Shown here piece by piece: positions 20,455-32,864 of a stretch of DNA of 64,000 nt. A program made the translations under genes and the position numbers. Positions within the stretch are counted from its first letter, which is position 1. Each line of letters opens with the position of its first letter. Below the pieces are notes generated by a model. It saw only the letters and a list, made by a program, of their open reading frames with translations, ran no database searches and was not told the origin of the DNA. Source of the DNA: an uncultured Chloroflexia bacterium (GTDB taxonomy: Bacteria; Chloroflexota; Dehalococcoidia; SZUA-161); contig CAWKAJ010000002.1 of NCBI GenBank assembly GCA_963847595.1, positions 77,068 to 141,067 of the forward strand. Reading direction: 5' to 3'.

Positions 20455-22281
20455 CTACATCCTCCCAGCCTCGACTAAGCCGGACTCCACAACAGCGGGC
20501 TGACTATCAGGGATAATCGGTATCTCCACTACGAAAGTGGCTCCTTCCCCGAACTTGCTCGTGGCATAGATATGGCCATTGTGCTCCCGAATGATGCCAT
20601 AGCAGATGCTCAAGCCCAACCCTGTCCCTTTTCCTACTGCCTTGGTGGTGAAGAATGGGTCAAATATCATCTTCAGGTTCTGTTCCGGGATTCCCGGCCC
20701 ATTATCGGCAAAGGTTATCTGGATCATCTGACCTACTTTTTTCGTCTCTATGCAGAGCCTGCCTTTTCTGGAGGTTTCCGTCATGGCCTGCTCCGCATTG
20801 TTAATGATGTTGACAAAGACTTGTTGCATTTGATAAAAGTCAGCCATGGTCTTGGGGAGGCCAAGGTCTAGCTCTAACGATAGCTCTATATTGTTGACCT
20901 TCATTCGATAGGAATGCAAGTCCAGACTTTTTGTGATGGCATCGTTTATTGAGATGAGGCTTTTTTCAGGTTTGTGCCTGCGGGCAAATGAGAGCAGGTT
21001 CTGGGTGATCCTACCGGCTCGTTGTGCCTCTCTATAAATAGTTTCCAAGTCTTTTTTTGTCGTTTCATCCAGGCCGTTTCTGGATGTCAGAAGCTGGGCA
21101 AACCCCTGGATTGCGGCAAGAGGGTTATTCAGCTCGTGGGCCACCCCCGCAGCCAGTTCACCGATCGCAGCTAATCTGCCGGCAAGGTTGAGCTGCTGCT
21201 CTATTCTTTGTTTTTCCTCTTCGGCTCTTTTGAGTTCTGTGATGTCTCTAGCGATGCAAACAATTCCGTGCGGTACATCATCTCTGCCCTGCATCGCATA
21301 GGTGGAAAGAGATATACACAGCTTTCTGGTATCCTTTGTGACAAATGTTGTCTCGATTTCTCTTATTGACCCCGTCTCAAGCATTTGCTCAAGCATTGTG
21401 TTTTTTGGCGAAGCTTTTTCCCCCTCTTCTTCCGGGAAAAGTATTTCCACTGATTTGCCAATCAATTCGTTCTCTTTGTATCCTAAAGAGCTCAGTGCCG
21501 CCTTGTTGGCAGTCAATATTTTGCCTCTTGGGCTTACCAGGAGTAAGGCATCAGACATGGTGGATATGATGCCCTGCGCTGCGGCTGCTGGAGTCAGGAT
21601 AAATAGCTTGTATCTCCAAATTGCATATCCAACGAAAGTAATTCCGAAAACAAATGCGGCTGTAGCTAATCCGGGAATTTCGATCTGGAGCGGCGCAAGC
21701 AGCACGTATGATAAGACGCTTATGGTTGTAGGGGCGCATATCCCGATTAAGACGTATCTGGCCTGTTGCTTCTTTCTTTGATCAGCCGTCTTCAGATCGT
21801 ATAGAATGCACATGAATATAGAAATAATTGCCAAACCGATAGCCCAGGCACTGACCAGAGCGGGCGTTAGGAGATTGTCGGGCATACTGTATATCCAGCC
21901 CCAATGCTGCTTCACCGGTTCTCCTGTAGCCAGACCTGGGATTAGCTGCAAAACAGAAAAAGCTATTGCGGGGCCATACATCAGAAGGTAAGTCAATTTG
22001 TTCTTTAGCGGCTTTGAGTTTTCTGTGACAACCATGACGAAATGGAAAAGAAGGGCTATCCCTATAGGCCAAAGGCCAGTCAGTCTTAGAGCCAGAAGCG
22101 CTAAACTGGGATTTTTTGCCTGGAGATTTCCGAATTCCATGAATGCCAGATAGGATGCTATTATGCTCAGTAAAATGAAGAGGCGATGTAGAGTACTTTT
22201 AGTATCCTGGAAGAAAACCCAACTTCCGAGGAAGAAACAAATCCAGCATGTTATCAAAAAGATTAAAGCTAAGAAATTCAT
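20455..22281 (-). CDS. Sensor histidine kinase (multi-TM N-terminal domain, PAS, HisKA, HATPase_c)
   Basis: H-box [15 protein letters not shown]1/G2 boxes NLLSNAEQAM, DNGPGI and GTGLGLSI. The N-terminal ~230 aa is hydrophobic. Confidence 0.85.
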   Translation of the reverse strand: MNFLALIFLITCWICFFLGSWVFFQDTKSTLHRLFILLSIIASYLAFMEFGNLQAKNPSLALLALRLTGLWPIGIALLFHFVMVVTENSKPLKNKLTYLLMYGPAIAFSVLQLIPGLATGEPVKQHWGWIYSMPDNLLTPALVSAWAIGLAIISIFMCILYDLKTADQRKKQQARYVLIGICAPTTISVLSYVLLAPLQIEIPGLATAAFVFGITFVGYAIWRYKLFILTPAAAAQGIISTMSDALLLVSPRGKILTANKAALSSLGYKENELIGKSVEILFPEEEGEKASPKNTMLEQMLETGSIREIETTFVTKDTRKLCISLSTYAMQGRDDVPHGIVCIARDITELKRAEEEKQRIEQQLNLAGRLAAIGELAAGVAHELNNPLAAIQGFAQLLTSRNGLDETTKKDLETIYREAQRAGRITQNLLSFARRHKPEKSLISINDAITKSLDLHSYRMKVNNIELSLELDLGLPKTMADFYQMQQVFVNIINNAEQAMTETSRKGRLCIETKKVGQMIQITFADNGPGIPEQNLKMIFDPFFTTKAVGKGTGLGLSICYGIIREHNGHIYATSKFGEGATFVVEIPIIPDSQPAVVESGLVEAGRM

Positions 22282-22501
22282 AGTTAACTAGCCTCAGTCG
22301 TCATCGCATCGTATGGGAGATACATAACCGAAGATTAACACACTCAGTCTGAAGGATAAATAGTCCTTTCGGGCGCTTATCTATGGGAAGATGGTACTGT
22401 TGAGTACTAAGTGATAGCGAGGTGAAGCAGGTACGATTCTAATGTTATGTCAATTTGCAGCTTGCTGAAAGCGAAGGCTGGTTCCCTGATTGTGGCAGCA
22501 G

Positions 22502-23041
22502 TTAGATTTTTACCTTTCCATAGCGTTCCCACTCGCTGTAGACACAACCACAGTATCCCTGGTGATAGAGGCCGAGCTCTCGGGACAGGCGGTGGCAGTC
22601 CCTGAAGCCTGGCCGAAAATCCTCATAGTAGAATGTCACACCTTTTTCTTTGCCAAGCTGCTCTCCCAAGTCCTGCAGCAGGGCGTGCTTTTGATAAGGA
22701 CTGATGAGCAGGGTGGTCGTAAAAGCTTCAAAGCCGTTTTCTTGAGCAACCTCGGCGGTTTTTTCCAACCGCAATCTGTAACAATCGGGGCAGCGGTTGC
22801 TCTCATGACCTACTACAGCCTGAAAGTATTTGAGCATATCGTAGCCTTCAGCGATGATTAAAGGCAGGCCAGTCGTTCGAGCGAAGGTTTGCATAGCCTC
22901 CAAACGGAGCTGGTGCTCTCTAAAGGGGTGAATGTTGGGGTTGTACCAGAAGGCAGTGACTTGCAGCCCTTTGTCCTGTAAGGATTTCACGACGTAGGTG
23001 GAGCAAGGACCGCAGCAAACGTGAAGAAGGATGGAAGACAT
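22502..23041 (-). CDS. queH: Epoxyqueuosine reductase QueH (DUF208)
   Basis: LLHVCCGPCSTY and CPDCYRLR...GYCGCVYSE motifs are characteristic of QueH. Confidence 0.8.
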   Translation of the reverse strand: MSSILLHVCCGPCSTYVVKSLQDKGLQVTAFWYNPNIHPFREHQLRLEAMQTFARTTGLPLIIAEGYDMLKYFQAVVGHESNRCPDCYRLRLEKTAEVAQENGFEAFTTTLLISPYQKHALLQDLGEQLGKEKGVTFYYEDFRPGFRDCHRLSRELGLYHQGYCGCVYSEWERYGKVKI

Positions 23042-23069
23042 ACTTTCGCTCTGGCGACTAGTTCTTTGG

Positions 23070-24098
23070 TTACAAAAGGCTGGGTTGGTCTGGCTTACCT
23101 TTATTGGGATAGGTCAATCCCAGATGTTCATAGGCGAAGCGGGAGGCTACCCGACCCCGCGGAGTGCGTTCCAGAAAACTCAATTGCAGGAGATAGGGTT
23201 CGTAGACATCCATGATAGTATCAGCCTCTTCGCTGATGGCAGCGGCAATGGTGTCCAACCCCACAGGGCCACCGTTGAATTTCTCGATGATAGTGCGCAG
23301 AATCTTGTGGTCTATCTCGTCGAGCCCAATGGAATCGATTTCCAGTCTCCCCAACGCTTCCAAGGCTATCTTTTCCGTGATTACTCCTTTGCCTTTCACC
23401 TGAGCGTAGTCTCTGACGCGCTTGAGCAATCTATTAGCGACTCTGGGGGTGCCGCGGGCACGCTTAGCGATTTCCTCTAATCCCCTCTTCTCGGTTTCTA
23501 TGCCAAGCAGGCGGGCTGACCTTGAGAGGATTGTCTCGATAGCGCTCTGGTCATAAAAGTCGAGGCGATATACTGCTCCGAACCTGTCCCGAAGCGGCGG
23601 ACTGAGCAAGGCAAAGCGTGTTGTTGCTCCGACGAGGGTGAAGCGAGGAAGATTCAGTCTGAGGCTCCTGGCTCCAGCACCTTTGCCCATGACAATGTCG
23701 AGGGCGAAATCCTCCATCACCGGGTAGAGCACCTCCTCTACTACGCGCCCGAGGCGGTGTACCTCGTCGATGAACAGAACATCTCCTTTGTTGAGGTTGG
23801 TGATGATAGCAGCGATATCGCCGGGGCGCTCAATGGCCGGACCGGAGGTGATTTTGATGCTTACTCCCATCTCGGCAGCGATGATATAACCCAAAGTCGT
23901 CTTGCCTAAGCCCGGCGGGCCATAGAGCAAGATATGGTCTAAGGTCTCTTTTCTGCCCTGAGCAGCAGCCATAGCTATCTTCAAGTTTTCTTTGACCTTC
24001 TCTTGCCCGATGAAGTCAACGAGGTGTTTAGGGCGAAGGCCCTTATCAAGAAGGATATCTTCTGCTCTGGGCTTGGCTGATATTACCCGCTCCGTCAT
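23070..24098 (-). CDS. ruvB: Holliday junction branch migration helicase RuvB
   Basis: [12 protein letters not shown] Walker A, DEVHRL, and the C-terminal RuvB winged helix. Confidence 0.95.
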   Translation of the reverse strand: MTERVISAKPRAEDILLDKGLRPKHLVDFIGQEKVKENLKIAMAAAQGRKETLDHILLYGPPGLGKTTLGYIIAAEMGVSIKITSGPAIERPGDIAAIITNLNKGDVLFIDEVHRLGRVVEEVLYPVMEDFALDIVMGKGAGARSLRLNLPRFTLVGATTRFALLSPPLRDRFGAVYRLDFYDQSAIETILSRSARLLGIETEKRGLEEIAKRARGTPRVANRLLKRVRDYAQVKGKGVITEKIALEALGRLEIDSIGLDEIDHKILRTIIEKFNGGPVGLDTIAAAISEEADTIMDVYEPYLLQLSFLERTPRGRVASRFAYEHLGLTYPNKGKPDQPSLL

Positions 24099-24180
24099 TT
24101 CTCTTCGTCCGAAATAAGAACTCGGGCATATTATATCAGATTACAATTTCCTTGCCGAGGTTAGGATAGAAAAGAGAGCG

Positions 24181-24295
24181 TTCAGCAACACTTTTCAACC
24201 CCCTGAATCCCCCAGTCTTGGGGTACTTTTTAAACTGGGGGATACCTCCAGACCACCAGCAAAGGGGGCTTTGTCCCTCTGCACTCCACGTTTGC
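24181..24295. repeat. Intergenic hairpin-containing repeat element, copy 2
   Basis: cccccagtcttggggtactttttaaactggggg can form a stem-loop. It lies between the ruvB start (minus strand) and the mutase start (plus strand). Confidence 0.5.
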
Positions 24296-24387
24296 CAAAG
24301 CTTTGCTTTCTGTACAATTGACACCCCTGATTATATGATATACACTTTTGTAGGCCAGTGAATTTTGCGAAACTAAAAGGAGCATGA

Positions 24388-26046
24388 ATGGACACCAGCA
24401 AAAATAAGCGAGAGTGGCAGGAGAAGACACTGAAACCATCGCTGAAGCGCGCCCCGGAGCGCGAAGAACGTTTCCTGACCAATTCTGGGCTTGAAATCGA
24501 TGACTTATATACCCCCGATGACCTTCAAGGGTTCGATTATGTCCAGAAGCTTAATTTCCCCGGGGAATATCCTTTCACCCGGGGGGTGCAGCCAACCATG
24601 TACCGGGGAAGGGTCTGGACCATGCGCCAGTATTCAGGCTTTGCTTCGGCTGAGGAGTCGAACAAACGCTATCACTACCTGCTGGGGCAGGGACAGACCG
24701 GGCTCAGCGTAGCTTTCGACCTGCCCACCCAGATTGGATATGACTCGGATCATGCCAAGGCACAGGGCGAGGTGGGCAAGGTAGGCGTGCCCATATCCAG
24801 TCTCGAGGATATGGAAACACTGTTCAAAGGGATCCCTTTCGATAAGGTGAGCACCTCGATGACTATCAACTCTACTGCTCCTATCCTGCTGGCGATGTAC
24901 ATCGCTGTGGGCAAGAAGCAGGGGGTTGACCCATCGAAGCTGGATGGAACTATCCAGAATGATTTGCTTAAGGAATATATTGCCCGCGGCACTTATATCT
25001 ACCCACCCAGACCATCGATGAGGTTGATTACAGATATCTTCAGCTACTGCACCGAGAAGCTTCCCAGGTGGAACACGATCAGCATCAGCGGTTACCATAT
25101 TCGAGAAGCGGGGTCTACCGCGCCCCAGGAAGTGGCTTTCACCCTGGCTGACGGTATAGCGTATGTCCAAGCTGCAATAGATATCGGCCTGGATGTAGAT
25201 AAGTTCGCCGGCCGGCTCTCCTTCTTCTTTGCTGCTCACAATAATCTGTTGGAAGAAGTAGCAAAGTTCAGGGCGGCGCGGCGACTCTGGGCTAAGATTA
25301 TGAATGAGAGGTTCAAAGCCAAGGATCCGCGCTCTATGATGCTGCGTTTCCATACTCAGACCTGCGGGCACACGTTAACATCGCAGCAGCCCGACAACAA
25401 CATAGTGAGGGTCGCCATGCAGGCATTGGCTGCTGTGTTGGGGGGGACCCAGTCGCTACATACCAATTCGCGGGATGAGGCTTATGCCACTCCCGGTGCA
25501 GAGGCGGTGACCATTGCCTTGCGCACCCAGCAGCTTCTAGCTTATGAGAACGGCGTTGGTGACTGCGTCGATCCTTTGGGCGGTTCCTACTATGTGGAGC
25601 ATCTAACCGATGTTATACAGGCAGAGGCCGAGAAGTATATAGAGAAAATCGACCAGCTCGGTGGCGCTCTGGCTGCCATCGAACGTGGTTTCCAGCAGAG
25701 GGAAATCCAGGAAAGCTCTTATCGCGCCCAGAAAGACATAGAGAGCGGCAAGAGAACGGTGGTAGGGGTCAATAAGTTCGTCTCCCCGTATCCACCGATA
25801 ACCGGGCTGCTGAAAGTCAATCCGGTTGAGGCCGAGAAGCAGAGGCAGCGCTTGATTGCGCTTAAAGCAAAGAGGGATAACAAGAAGGTCACCCAGTTGC
25901 TCAATAATCTGAAGGAAGTGGCAAGCGGCAAGGGAAACACCATGCCTGTGTTCATTGAGTGCGTCGAGTCTTACGCTACATTAGGTGAGATCTGCGATGT
26001 GCTCCGAGGCGTGTTCGGAGAGCAACAGGAGTTTCTAGTATTCTAA
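24388..26046 (+). CDS. Methylmalonyl-CoA mutase family, catalytic (large/N-terminal) subunit
   Basis: 552-aa TIM-barrel mutase domain ([23 protein letters not shown]...). A separate B12-binding subunit lies downstream. Confidence 0.9.
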   Translation: MDTSKNKREWQEKTLKPSLKRAPEREERFLTNSGLEIDDLYTPDDLQGFDYVQKLNFPGEYPFTRGVQPTMYRGRVWTMRQYSGFASAEESNKRYHYLLGQGQTGLSVAFDLPTQIGYDSDHAKAQGEVGKVGVPISSLEDMETLFKGIPFDKVSTSMTINSTAPILLAMYIAVGKKQGVDPSKLDGTIQNDLLKEYIARGTYIYPPRPSMRLITDIFSYCTEKLPRWNTISISGYHIREAGSTAPQEVAFTLADGIAYVQAAIDIGLDVDKFAGRLSFFFAAHNNLLEEVAKFRAARRLWAKIMNERFKAKDPRSMMLRFHTQTCGHTLTSQQPDNNIVRVAMQALAAVLGGTQSLHTNSRDEAYATPGAEAVTIALRTQQLLAYENGVGDCVDPLGGSYYVEHLTDVIQAEAEKYIEKIDQLGGALAAIERGFQQREIQESSYRAQKDIESGKRTVVGVNKFVSPYPPITGLLKVNPVEAEKQRQRLIALKAKRDNKKVTQLLNNLKEVASGKGNTMPVFIECVESYATLGEICDVLRGVFGEQQEFLVF

Positions 26047-26093
26047 GCTGCTGGAATAGGGATTAGAAGGCAGTCATAATAAACGGAGGGAAA

Positions 26094-26492
26094 ATGATAA
26101 AGACGGTCAACCATGTGGCTATTGCGGTGAAGAACCTTGATGAGGCATTGAAGACTTTCGAGAATCTCCTGGGCCATAAAGCCGCTCTGGTGAAGGAAGT
26201 CCCGGACCAGAAGATAAAGGCGGCGATGATACATGTGGGCGCTGTTGAGATCGAGTTGATTCAGCCTACCGACCCGGGAGCCGGTGTGGCAAAGTTCCTT
26301 GAGACCAGAGGCGAGGGCGTACATCACATCTGCTTTGAGGTCGACGATGTCGACAAGGAGCTGCAGGCGATGGAGGCCAAAGGTGTGCAGACTCTGGATA
26401 AAAAGGGCAGGCCGGGTCTGGCAGGCAAGATTGGCTTCTTGCATCCCAAGTCTGCCAACGGGGTGCTCATAGAACTGGCGCAAAAGGTCTAG
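26094..26492 (+). CDS. Methylmalonyl-CoA epimerase (VOC/glyoxalase family)
   Basis: 132-aa VOC fold (VNHVAIAV...GEGVHHICFEVDD) located between the mutase subunits. Confidence 0.8.
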   Translation: MIKTVNHVAIAVKNLDEALKTFENLLGHKAALVKEVPDQKIKAAMIHVGAVEIELIQPTDPGAGVAKFLETRGEGVHHICFEVDDVDKELQAMEAKGVQTLDKKGRPGLAGKIGFLHPKSANGVLIELAQKV

Positions 26493-26531
26493 GCAGCTAA
26501 AGGTAATTCACATAGTAGAGGGAAGTTTACC

Positions 26532-26945
26532 ATGGCTGATGAAAAAAAGATTCGTGTTCTTGTAGCGAAGCCCGGCCTGGATGGACATGACCGGGGTGCT
26601 AAGGTCGTAGCTCGGGCCCTGCGTGATTACGGTATGGAGGTGATCTATACCGGCATCCGTCAGACTCCGGAGATGATTGCGCAGAGCGCGTTGCAGGAGG
26701 ATGTGGATGTCGTGGGGCTGAGCATCCTGTCTGGGGCACACCTTGAGCTTTTCCCTCATATCGTTGAACAGCTCAAGAAGAGAAAGATGGATCGTGTGTT
26801 AGTGATCGCCGGAGGTATTATCCCGGAGGAGGACCACCCGGCATTGAACAAGATAGGTATCAAGGGTATCTTTGGCCCGGGTACTCCTACGAAGGATATC
26901 GCTGAATTCATCAGGAAGGCTGTTGGTGAGAAGAAGGCGGCCTAA
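26532..26945 (+). CDS. Methylmalonyl-CoA mutase family, cobalamin-binding (small/C-terminal) subunit
   Basis: B12-binding motif ([10 protein letters not shown]) in a Rossmann-like 137-aa protein. Confidence 0.85.
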   Translation: MADEKKIRVLVAKPGLDGHDRGAKVVARALRDYGMEVIYTGIRQTPEMIAQSALQEDVDVVGLSILSGAHLELFPHIVEQLKKRKMDRVLVIAGGIIPEEDHPALNKIGIKGIFGPGTPTKDIAEFIRKAVGEKKAA

Positions 26946-26984
26946 GGTTATTGGCTAGCGGGGTAGGAGAGGCGAAGAAAGAAT

Positions 26985-27734
26985 ATGTCGGGGCATTCCA
27001 AATGGTCGCAGATTAAACGGCAGAAGGGCGTTGCCGATGCCAAACGCGGGCAGCTTTTCACGAAGTTGGCTCGCGAAATCGCTGTTGCCGTCCGTCAGGG
27101 TGGTGCCGACCAGCAAAACAATTTTAAGCTAAGACTGATAATCCAGAAGGCACGAGACAGCAACATGCCCCTGGAAAACATTGATCGCGCCATTAAGCGT
27201 GCCAGCGGCGGAACCGACGGAGCAGCGCTATCTGAAGTTAGCTATGAGGGATATGGCCCCGGCGGCAGTGCCATTATGGTGCAGGTTCTTACCGATAACA
27301 AAAACCGAACGCTCGCCGAGGTGCGCAATATCTTGAGCCGCGGCGGAGGCAACCTGGGTGAGAGTGGCTCTGTGACGTGGCTGTTTGAGTCCAGGGGCGT
27401 GATCATCATTGATGGCACAAAAGAAAATGCAGAGGAAGTGGCCCTGTTCGCTATTGATGCCGGGGCAGAAGATGTGAAGATCGAGGGAACTTCCCTGGAA
27501 GTAAATACCAAGCCGCAAGACCTCGAAGCGGTGAGGAAGGCGCTGGAGCAAAGAAGGGTGCCCATCACCTCCTCAGAGCTGTCTATGGTCCCTAAGACGA
27601 TGGTTAAGCTCGATGAGAAGTCTGCGCTTCAAGCGCTCAAGCTCCTCGACAAGCTGGAGGAGCTTGACGAGGTTCAGCGTGTCTACACAAACGCCGATTT
27701 CCCCGATGAGGTAGTGAATAAGTATCAGGGATGA
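26985..27734 (+). CDS. yebC: YebC/PmpR family DNA-binding regulatory protein
   Basis: MSGHSKWSQIKRQKGVADAKRGQLFTKLAREI is the YebC N-terminal signature. Confidence 0.9.
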   Translation: MSGHSKWSQIKRQKGVADAKRGQLFTKLAREIAVAVRQGGADQQNNFKLRLIIQKARDSNMPLENIDRAIKRASGGTDGAALSEVSYEGYGPGGSAIMVQVLTDNKNRTLAEVRNILSRGGGNLGESGSVTWLFESRGVIIIDGTKENAEEVALFAIDAGAEDVKIEGTSLEVNTKPQDLEAVRKALEQRRVPITSSELSMVPKTMVKLDEKSALQALKLLDKLEELDEVQRVYTNADFPDEVVNKYQG

Positions 27735-27744
27735 AGATGCCTCA

Positions 27745-28245
27745 ATGCCAATCCGTGTTTTAGGCCTTGACCCGGGCATTGCGATAATGGGATATGGAGT
27801 CATTGAAGACAACGATGGCGATCTCACCGCGGTAGAATACGGTGCATTGACCACACCGGCCAAACAGGCCACTTCCCTAAGGTTGCGTTCCCTCTACGAA
27901 GGCGTCATTACCATCATTGCACGCCACAAGCCTGCGGAGGTCGCTGTCGAGCTTTTTGTGGCTCGCAATTTGAGAACAGCGCTGATGGTGGGACAGGCCA
28001 GGGGGGTTGCTCTACTGGCTGCAGCTAACAAAGGGCTTCCTGTTTATGACTATACACCGCTCCAGGTGAAACAAAGGGTGTCAGGCTACGGGCGCGGTGA
28101 GAAGAGGCAGGTTCAGGAGATGGTCAAAATACAGCTTGGGCTAGACTGCCTCCCGGAGCCGGATGACGCTGCCGATGCCCTTGCAGTTGCGATCTGTCAT
28201 ATAAGCGAGGCACGGCTCTCTCGTCTATTGGCAAATAGCTCATAA
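27745..28245 (+). CDS. ruvC: Crossover junction endodeoxyribonuclease RuvC
   Basis: MPIRVLGLDPGIAIMGYGVIE and the catalytic acidic residues are present. The protein is 166 aa. Confidence 0.9.
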   Translation: MPIRVLGLDPGIAIMGYGVIEDNDGDLTAVEYGALTTPAKQATSLRLRSLYEGVITIIARHKPAEVAVELFVARNLRTALMVGQARGVALLAAANKGLPVYDYTPLQVKQRVSGYGRGEKRQVQEMVKIQLGLDCLPEPDDAADALAVAICHISEARLSRLLANSS

Positions 28246-28261
28246 AAGTGATGAATCGACA

Positions 28262-28834
28262 ATGATCGCCGGCATAGAAGGTATTCTGAAATCCCGGGGT
28301 GAGGACTGGGTTATCGTCGAAGTGGGCGGGTTGAGCTTTCGTCTTCAGTCACCAACCTCAACTATAGGCACATTGGGAATCCCGGGTGACAGGGTAAAGC
28401 TTCACACGCATCTCCATGTTAGAGAGGATAACCTAGCTCTTTACGGCTTTGCCTCGCCTGAGGAGCTTAGGCTGTTCGAGCTGCTTATCGGCGTTTCTGG
28501 AATCGGCCCCAAAACCGCACTTGCGCTGCTCTCAGCTCTTAGCCCGGAACGATTTGAGGTTGCTATAGCTCGAGGCGATGTCGAAGCACTGAGTTCGGTA
28601 CCGGGGATAGGCAAGAAGACAGCAGCGCGCCTTGTCCTGGAGTTTAAAGGGAAGTTTGAGCAGGTGGGCGTGGCAGGCCGTTCTCCGCATGAAGATGTTA
28701 AAGCAGCATTGGTCAGCTTGGGATATTCTGCAGCAGAGGCGAACTCGGCCATCGCCACTCTCCCTGATTCCCCTGACACCTCTCTTGAGGAAAAGATAAA
28801 GCTTGCTCTGCAGCACTTTGCCAGAGCAGGCTAG
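28262..28834 (+). CDS. ruvA: Holliday junction DNA helicase RuvA
   Basis: OB domain followed by helix-hairpin-helix pairs (IGVSGIGPKTALALL, VPGIGKKTAARLVLE), and a C-terminal domain III. Confidence 0.9.
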   Translation: MIAGIEGILKSRGEDWVIVEVGGLSFRLQSPTSTIGTLGIPGDRVKLHTHLHVREDNLALYGFASPEELRLFELLIGVSGIGPKTALALLSALSPERFEVAIARGDVEALSSVPGIGKKTAARLVLEFKGKFEQVGVAGRSPHEDVKAALVSLGYSAAEANSAIATLPDSPDTSLEEKIKLALQHFARAG

Positions 28835-29478
28835 GAATATCTCTGCAGGAACTTGAGCACTCCTTCCAGCGTCCAGGCACCGGCAAAGGCGACCAGTATG
28901 CTCCGCGGTGTTTTTCCCAGGAAGCAAAAAAACAGGAATTTCCAGACAGGGTATCTTAGTACCCCTGCAGCGGCGCCTGCCAGGTCAAAAATAGGATTGG
29001 GGACGAAGGCAAACACAAAGATAACCAGCGAGCCCCTTCGCCTCATCCAATGTTCCATGCGCAGGTATGTCCTGCTCTTCCTGAAGACTCCCTGGCCGCT
29101 GTAACCTGCCATATAGCCGCTGAGTTCACCCAAGGCTGACCCTGCTCCTGCGGCCAACCCTACCAAATATGGATCGTAAGTAGCACCGAGGGCAAAGATT
29201 ACTGCTATACCAGGAACAGGCAATATTATGGTTGCGCTGCTGAGAAGGCTTATGAGGAAAGCACCCAGGTAGCCATAACCGGCAAGGTTCGCCAACCTGT
29301 CGCGGAAGACGAAAATAGCGGCGGTGACACCTAGGACAAGTACGAGGATTAAGATACGTAGATACAGCTTATGCGATAGGAAAGGTCGTCTTTCAGCTTT
29401 GGTTTGCTGCTCACTTCCTGATTCTATACCTTTCCCTTCGTCGCCGATGGTATCGAGTGCGGGATCCTTATCTGCCAT
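28831..29478 (-). CDS. DedA/VTT-domain family membrane protein
   Basis: Multi-TM protein. FAFVPNPIFDLAGAAAGVLRYPVWKFLFFCFLGK resembles the DedA/SNARE-associated family. Confidence 0.55.
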   Translation of the reverse strand: MADKDPALDTIGDEGKGIESGSEQQTKAERRPFLSHKLYLRILILVLVLGVTAAIFVFRDRLANLAGYGYLGAFLISLLSSATIILPVPGIAVIFALGATYDPYLVGLAAGAGSALGELSGYMAGYSGQGVFRKSRTYLRMEHWMRRRGSLVIFVFAFVPNPIFDLAGAAAGVLRYPVWKFLFFCFLGKTPRSILVAFAGAWTLEGVLKFLQRYS

Positions 29479-29613
29479 TTATCCAATATCCCTCTTACGA
29501 AGCATTATATAGCATACGGGAGTGAACGTTGGCGGGCAGATACGCAGAACCGCTCAATCTAGCTATTAAATAGGGCAATCAGCTGATACTTAACAGGTAA
29601 GAGACGGGAAGGC

Positions 29614-32040
29614 TTAGTCTCTAAGCAGGCAACTAAACGAGGCTACCCTATCGCCCGGCTCGACCTTCATCACGGTTACGCCCTGGGTGTCTCTGCCCAG
29701 AGATGGGATGTCATCAAGGGTGGTCCGTATTACTATACCTTTGGCTGATATGAGCATAAGACCCTGACGGGGATGAACAACGGATGCAGCTATGACTTTG
29801 CCTGTCTTCTCTATTACCTTGAAAGTCCGCACGCCGCTACCGCCCCGTGCTTGAAGGGGATAAGCATTCAGGGGCGTACGTTTGCCGAAGCCATTGGCGC
29901 TGATTACGAAGAGATGAGCATTGGGGTCAACAACATCCATAGCGACCACACGGTCGTCTGCAGCAACTCGGATGCCCCGCACACCGCCACTGGTTCGGGA
30001 AGCAGCCCGCAATTCGGAGACAGCGAACTTGATTGATTGACCGTTCTCTGTTACCAGGATGACCTGGTCATCCGCCCCTGCAAGCCTGGCCGCAATCAGT
30101 TCATCGCCCTGCTCCAGGTCCATGGCGATAAGCCCGCTGGAGCGTACCGAAGAAAACTCAGCGAGGCTTGTTTTCTTGACCTCGCCTCTGCTGGTGGCGA
30201 TGACCAGGAACTTGTCCTCTGAGAAGGCGACGATAGCTACAACAGCAGTGACTCGCTCCTTGGTCTCCATTGAAACTAGATTAACGATAGGCATACCTCG
30301 GGCTGTCCGGGAGCTTTCCCTGGGGATGTCATAACACTTTAGCTGGAATACGCGTCCCCGGTCGGTGAAGACAAGCAGGTTGTGGTGGGTGCTGGCGACA
30401 AGCAGTTGCCGAACGGTGTCTGCCTCCTTTGTCTCCATGCCTATGATCCCCCTACCCCCACGGTGCTGCTGCCGATAGACGTCTGTGGCTACTCTCTTGA
30501 TGTATCCCCTATTGCTCAAGGTGACCACCATCGGCTGTTTGGGGATGAGGTCTTCGTCGCTAAAATCCTTGATTTCCTCATCGCTGATCTCAGTACGGCG
30601 AGCATCACCATATTTGGACTTCAGTTCCCCGACTTCGTCCTTGATCAGGAAATCTATCTTCTTGGGATTGGCTAAGAGGTCCTCAAGGTATGCTATGGTT
30701 TTCAGAACCTCCGTGTATTCATCGGTAATTTTCTTGCGTTCCAGGGCTGCCAGACGACGCAGCTGCATCTCAAGGATAGCCTGCGCCTGAATCTGGGAGA
30801 GTTTAAAGTTCTTCATCAGGTTTTCGCGCGCTGACTCTACGGTCTGGGAACGGCGTATGGTAGCGATAACCGCATCCAGGTTGTCAAGAGCGATCTTGAA
30901 TCCCTCGAGGATGTGGGCCCGTTCTTTGGCTCGCTCCAGGTCGAATTTGGACCTGCGGGTAATAATTTGGCGGCGGAAGTCAACGTAGTTCAGGAGAGCG
31001 CCTTTGAGGGTGATCACTTTGGGCTGGCCATCTACCAGGGCCAGCATATTGGCGAAGAAGGAGGACTGCATCGCAGTGTGCTTATACAGGTTGTTGAGAA
31101 TCTGCTGCGCCTGCCCCTCTCGCCTTAGTTCGATTACAATGCGCATTCCCTCTCTATCTGACTCGTCGCGTACCTCAGAGATTCCATCGATCCTTTTGTT
31201 TTTGGCGAGCTCAGCGATTTTCTCCACCAGCGTCGCTTTATTGGTCTGATAAGGCAGCTCGGTAATCACTATCTGGTACCTGCCCCCTTTGGCAGCTTCC
31301 TCGATGTGCGCTTTGGCCCTGACCACCATCCTGCCGTGGCCGGTAGTATAGGCGCTACTTATCCCTTCTCTCCCCTCCAAAATGCCGCCTGTGGGGAAGT
31401 CGGGGCCCGGAATTAGCTTTATGAGGTCATCGATGGTGGCCTCGGGATTATCTATCAGGTATGAGATGCCATCGCAGAGCTCGCTGAGGTTATGCGGTGG
31501 GATATTGGTGGCCATGCCTACAGCTATGCCGGCAGCGCCGTTGAGGAGCAGATTGGGCAGCCTCGCCGGGAGAACCATGGGCTCTTTGAGACTACCATCG
31601 AAGTTCGGGGTGAAGTCGACGGTGTCTTTCTCGATATCGGCCAGGATCTCGCCAGCGATGCGGGAGAGTCGGGCCTCAGTATATCTCATCGCCGCCGGTG
31701 GGTCATTGTCTATGCTGCCAAAATTGCCCTGTCCATCTACCAGCCTGTACCTCATGGAGAAATCTTGAGCCATACGCACCATGGCATCATAGACTGCGGT
31801 ATCCCCGTGCGGGTGGTATTTGCCCAGAACTTCGCCGACGATACGTGCGCTCTTCTTATAGGGACTGTTATAGTGCAGTCCCATGTCGTTGAGGGCATAA
31901 AGTATTCTGCGTTGGACAGGCTTTAAGCCATCACGGACATCAGGCAGGGCTCGAGAGACAATGACGCTCATGGCGTAGTCGAGATAAGAGTTTCTCATCT
32001 CGTCTTCGATCTTGACTGGCCTGACTGTCCCGATCTCCAT
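29614..32040 (-). CDS. gyrA: DNA gyrase subunit A
   Basis: The N-terminal [28 protein letters not shown]...[19 protein letters not shown] contains the catalytic region and the QRDR. The C-terminus has beta-pinwheel repeats. Confidence 0.95.
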   Translation of the reverse strand: MEIGTVRPVKIEDEMRNSYLDYAMSVIVSRALPDVRDGLKPVQRRILYALNDMGLHYNSPYKKSARIVGEVLGKYHPHGDTAVYDAMVRMAQDFSMRYRLVDGQGNFGSIDNDPPAAMRYTEARLSRIAGEILADIEKDTVDFTPNFDGSLKEPMVLPARLPNLLLNGAAGIAVGMATNIPPHNLSELCDGISYLIDNPEATIDDLIKLIPGPDFPTGGILEGREGISSAYTTGHGRMVVRAKAHIEEAAKGGRYQIVITELPYQTNKATLVEKIAELAKNKRIDGISEVRDESDREGMRIVIELRREGQAQQILNNLYKHTAMQSSFFANMLALVDGQPKVITLKGALLNYVDFRRQIITRRSKFDLERAKERAHILEGFKIALDNLDAVIATIRRSQTVESARENLMKNFKLSQIQAQAILEMQLRRLAALERKKITDEYTEVLKTIAYLEDLLANPKKIDFLIKDEVGELKSKYGDARRTEISDEEIKDFSDEDLIPKQPMVVTLSNRGYIKRVATDVYRQQHRGGRGIIGMETKEADTVRQLLVASTHHNLLVFTDRGRVFQLKCYDIPRESSRTARGMPIVNLVSMETKERVTAVVAIVAFSEDKFLVIATSRGEVKKTSLAEFSSVRSSGLIAMDLEQGDELIAARLAGADDQVILVTENGQSIKFAVSELRAASRTSGGVRGIRVAADDRVVAMDVVDPNAHLFVISANGFGKRTPLNAYPLQARGGSGVRTFKVIEKTGKVIAASVVHPRQGLMLISAKGIVIRTTLDDIPSLGRDTQGVTVMKVEPGDRVASFSCLLRD
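31815..31912. repeat. Direct repeat DR-L (gyrA codons 43-76), partner at 44502..44600
   Basis: The two copies are ~92% identical over 98 bp. There are 7 substitutions and a 1-nt indel. Homology stops abruptly on both sides. Confidence 0.8.
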
Positions 32041-32864
32041 GACTTAGTCCTCCCAGGAACTGGCGCCTTTTTTAGAATTTCACACGAATTCAGCGCACAA
32101 TGGCAACAGTGTATCACGTTCAGCGGAGTTCGTCAAAGGGTGGGAAAGGAGGGCCCAACGCCGTCGCCGGGGATGAGGATGATGGTATGGGGGGTGTCCT
32201 TTGGGGTGTTATACTCAAGCATGAAATGGGAGCCTTCCATTTCAATATGTTAAGCAATTCTTGTTTGGAGATATTATTCCAGAGGCTTATTTTGTTGAGG
32301 ATATCGGAGAGGGTTCCTTTTGCTATTACTTTGTGTCCGAGGACAGTAATCCAACGAATTGAGAAGGCTAACGATATTATCGTCGCTGACTTGAGGTAGC
32401 TTTGGCATTCGATAGTTTTACCTCGGAGACGGTAAGGATAGTAATGGTCTCTGTAGTATCACCAAAATGGAGGCTCACAGCCTGTTTAATGTTCTCCAGG
32501 AGTTTGTCCAGAGTGCTGCCTTGAGTGAATATGTCTTCTCCTATCCCTCGGGCACACCAGGCTTAGCCATGGGAATATATTGCTATCTGCATGAGCATAT
32601 TGAAACTCCGCTAAACCTCAAGCAACATTATGTCAACTAGCATTTCCCATATCAACTCAAGACGATAGTATGACCGGGCTCCACCACCGTCTGCGCAAAT
32701 GATAAGCCCCCGTTTCGCTCGTGGTCAAGCCCATATCTGCGGTCAAGGCATATCCGCCGGGAACTCGTGTCAAGTATGAGTATGTTTAAGCGGGTCCCAG
32801 TAAGATCGCTGAAGGGAGCCAGGTGCACGCACATGCCTACCCCCGCGGAAACCCTTCATAGCCT

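Noticed and set aside
32221-32400. Minus-strand fragment ...LKSATIISLAFSIRWITVLGHKVIAKGTLSDILNKISLWNNISKQELLNILKWKAPIS, possibly a toxin-domain remnant (HEPN/DUF86-like), just upstream of gyrA
   Set aside because: It has no start codon, similarity is too weak to call without a profile search, and the ORF breaks down upstream.
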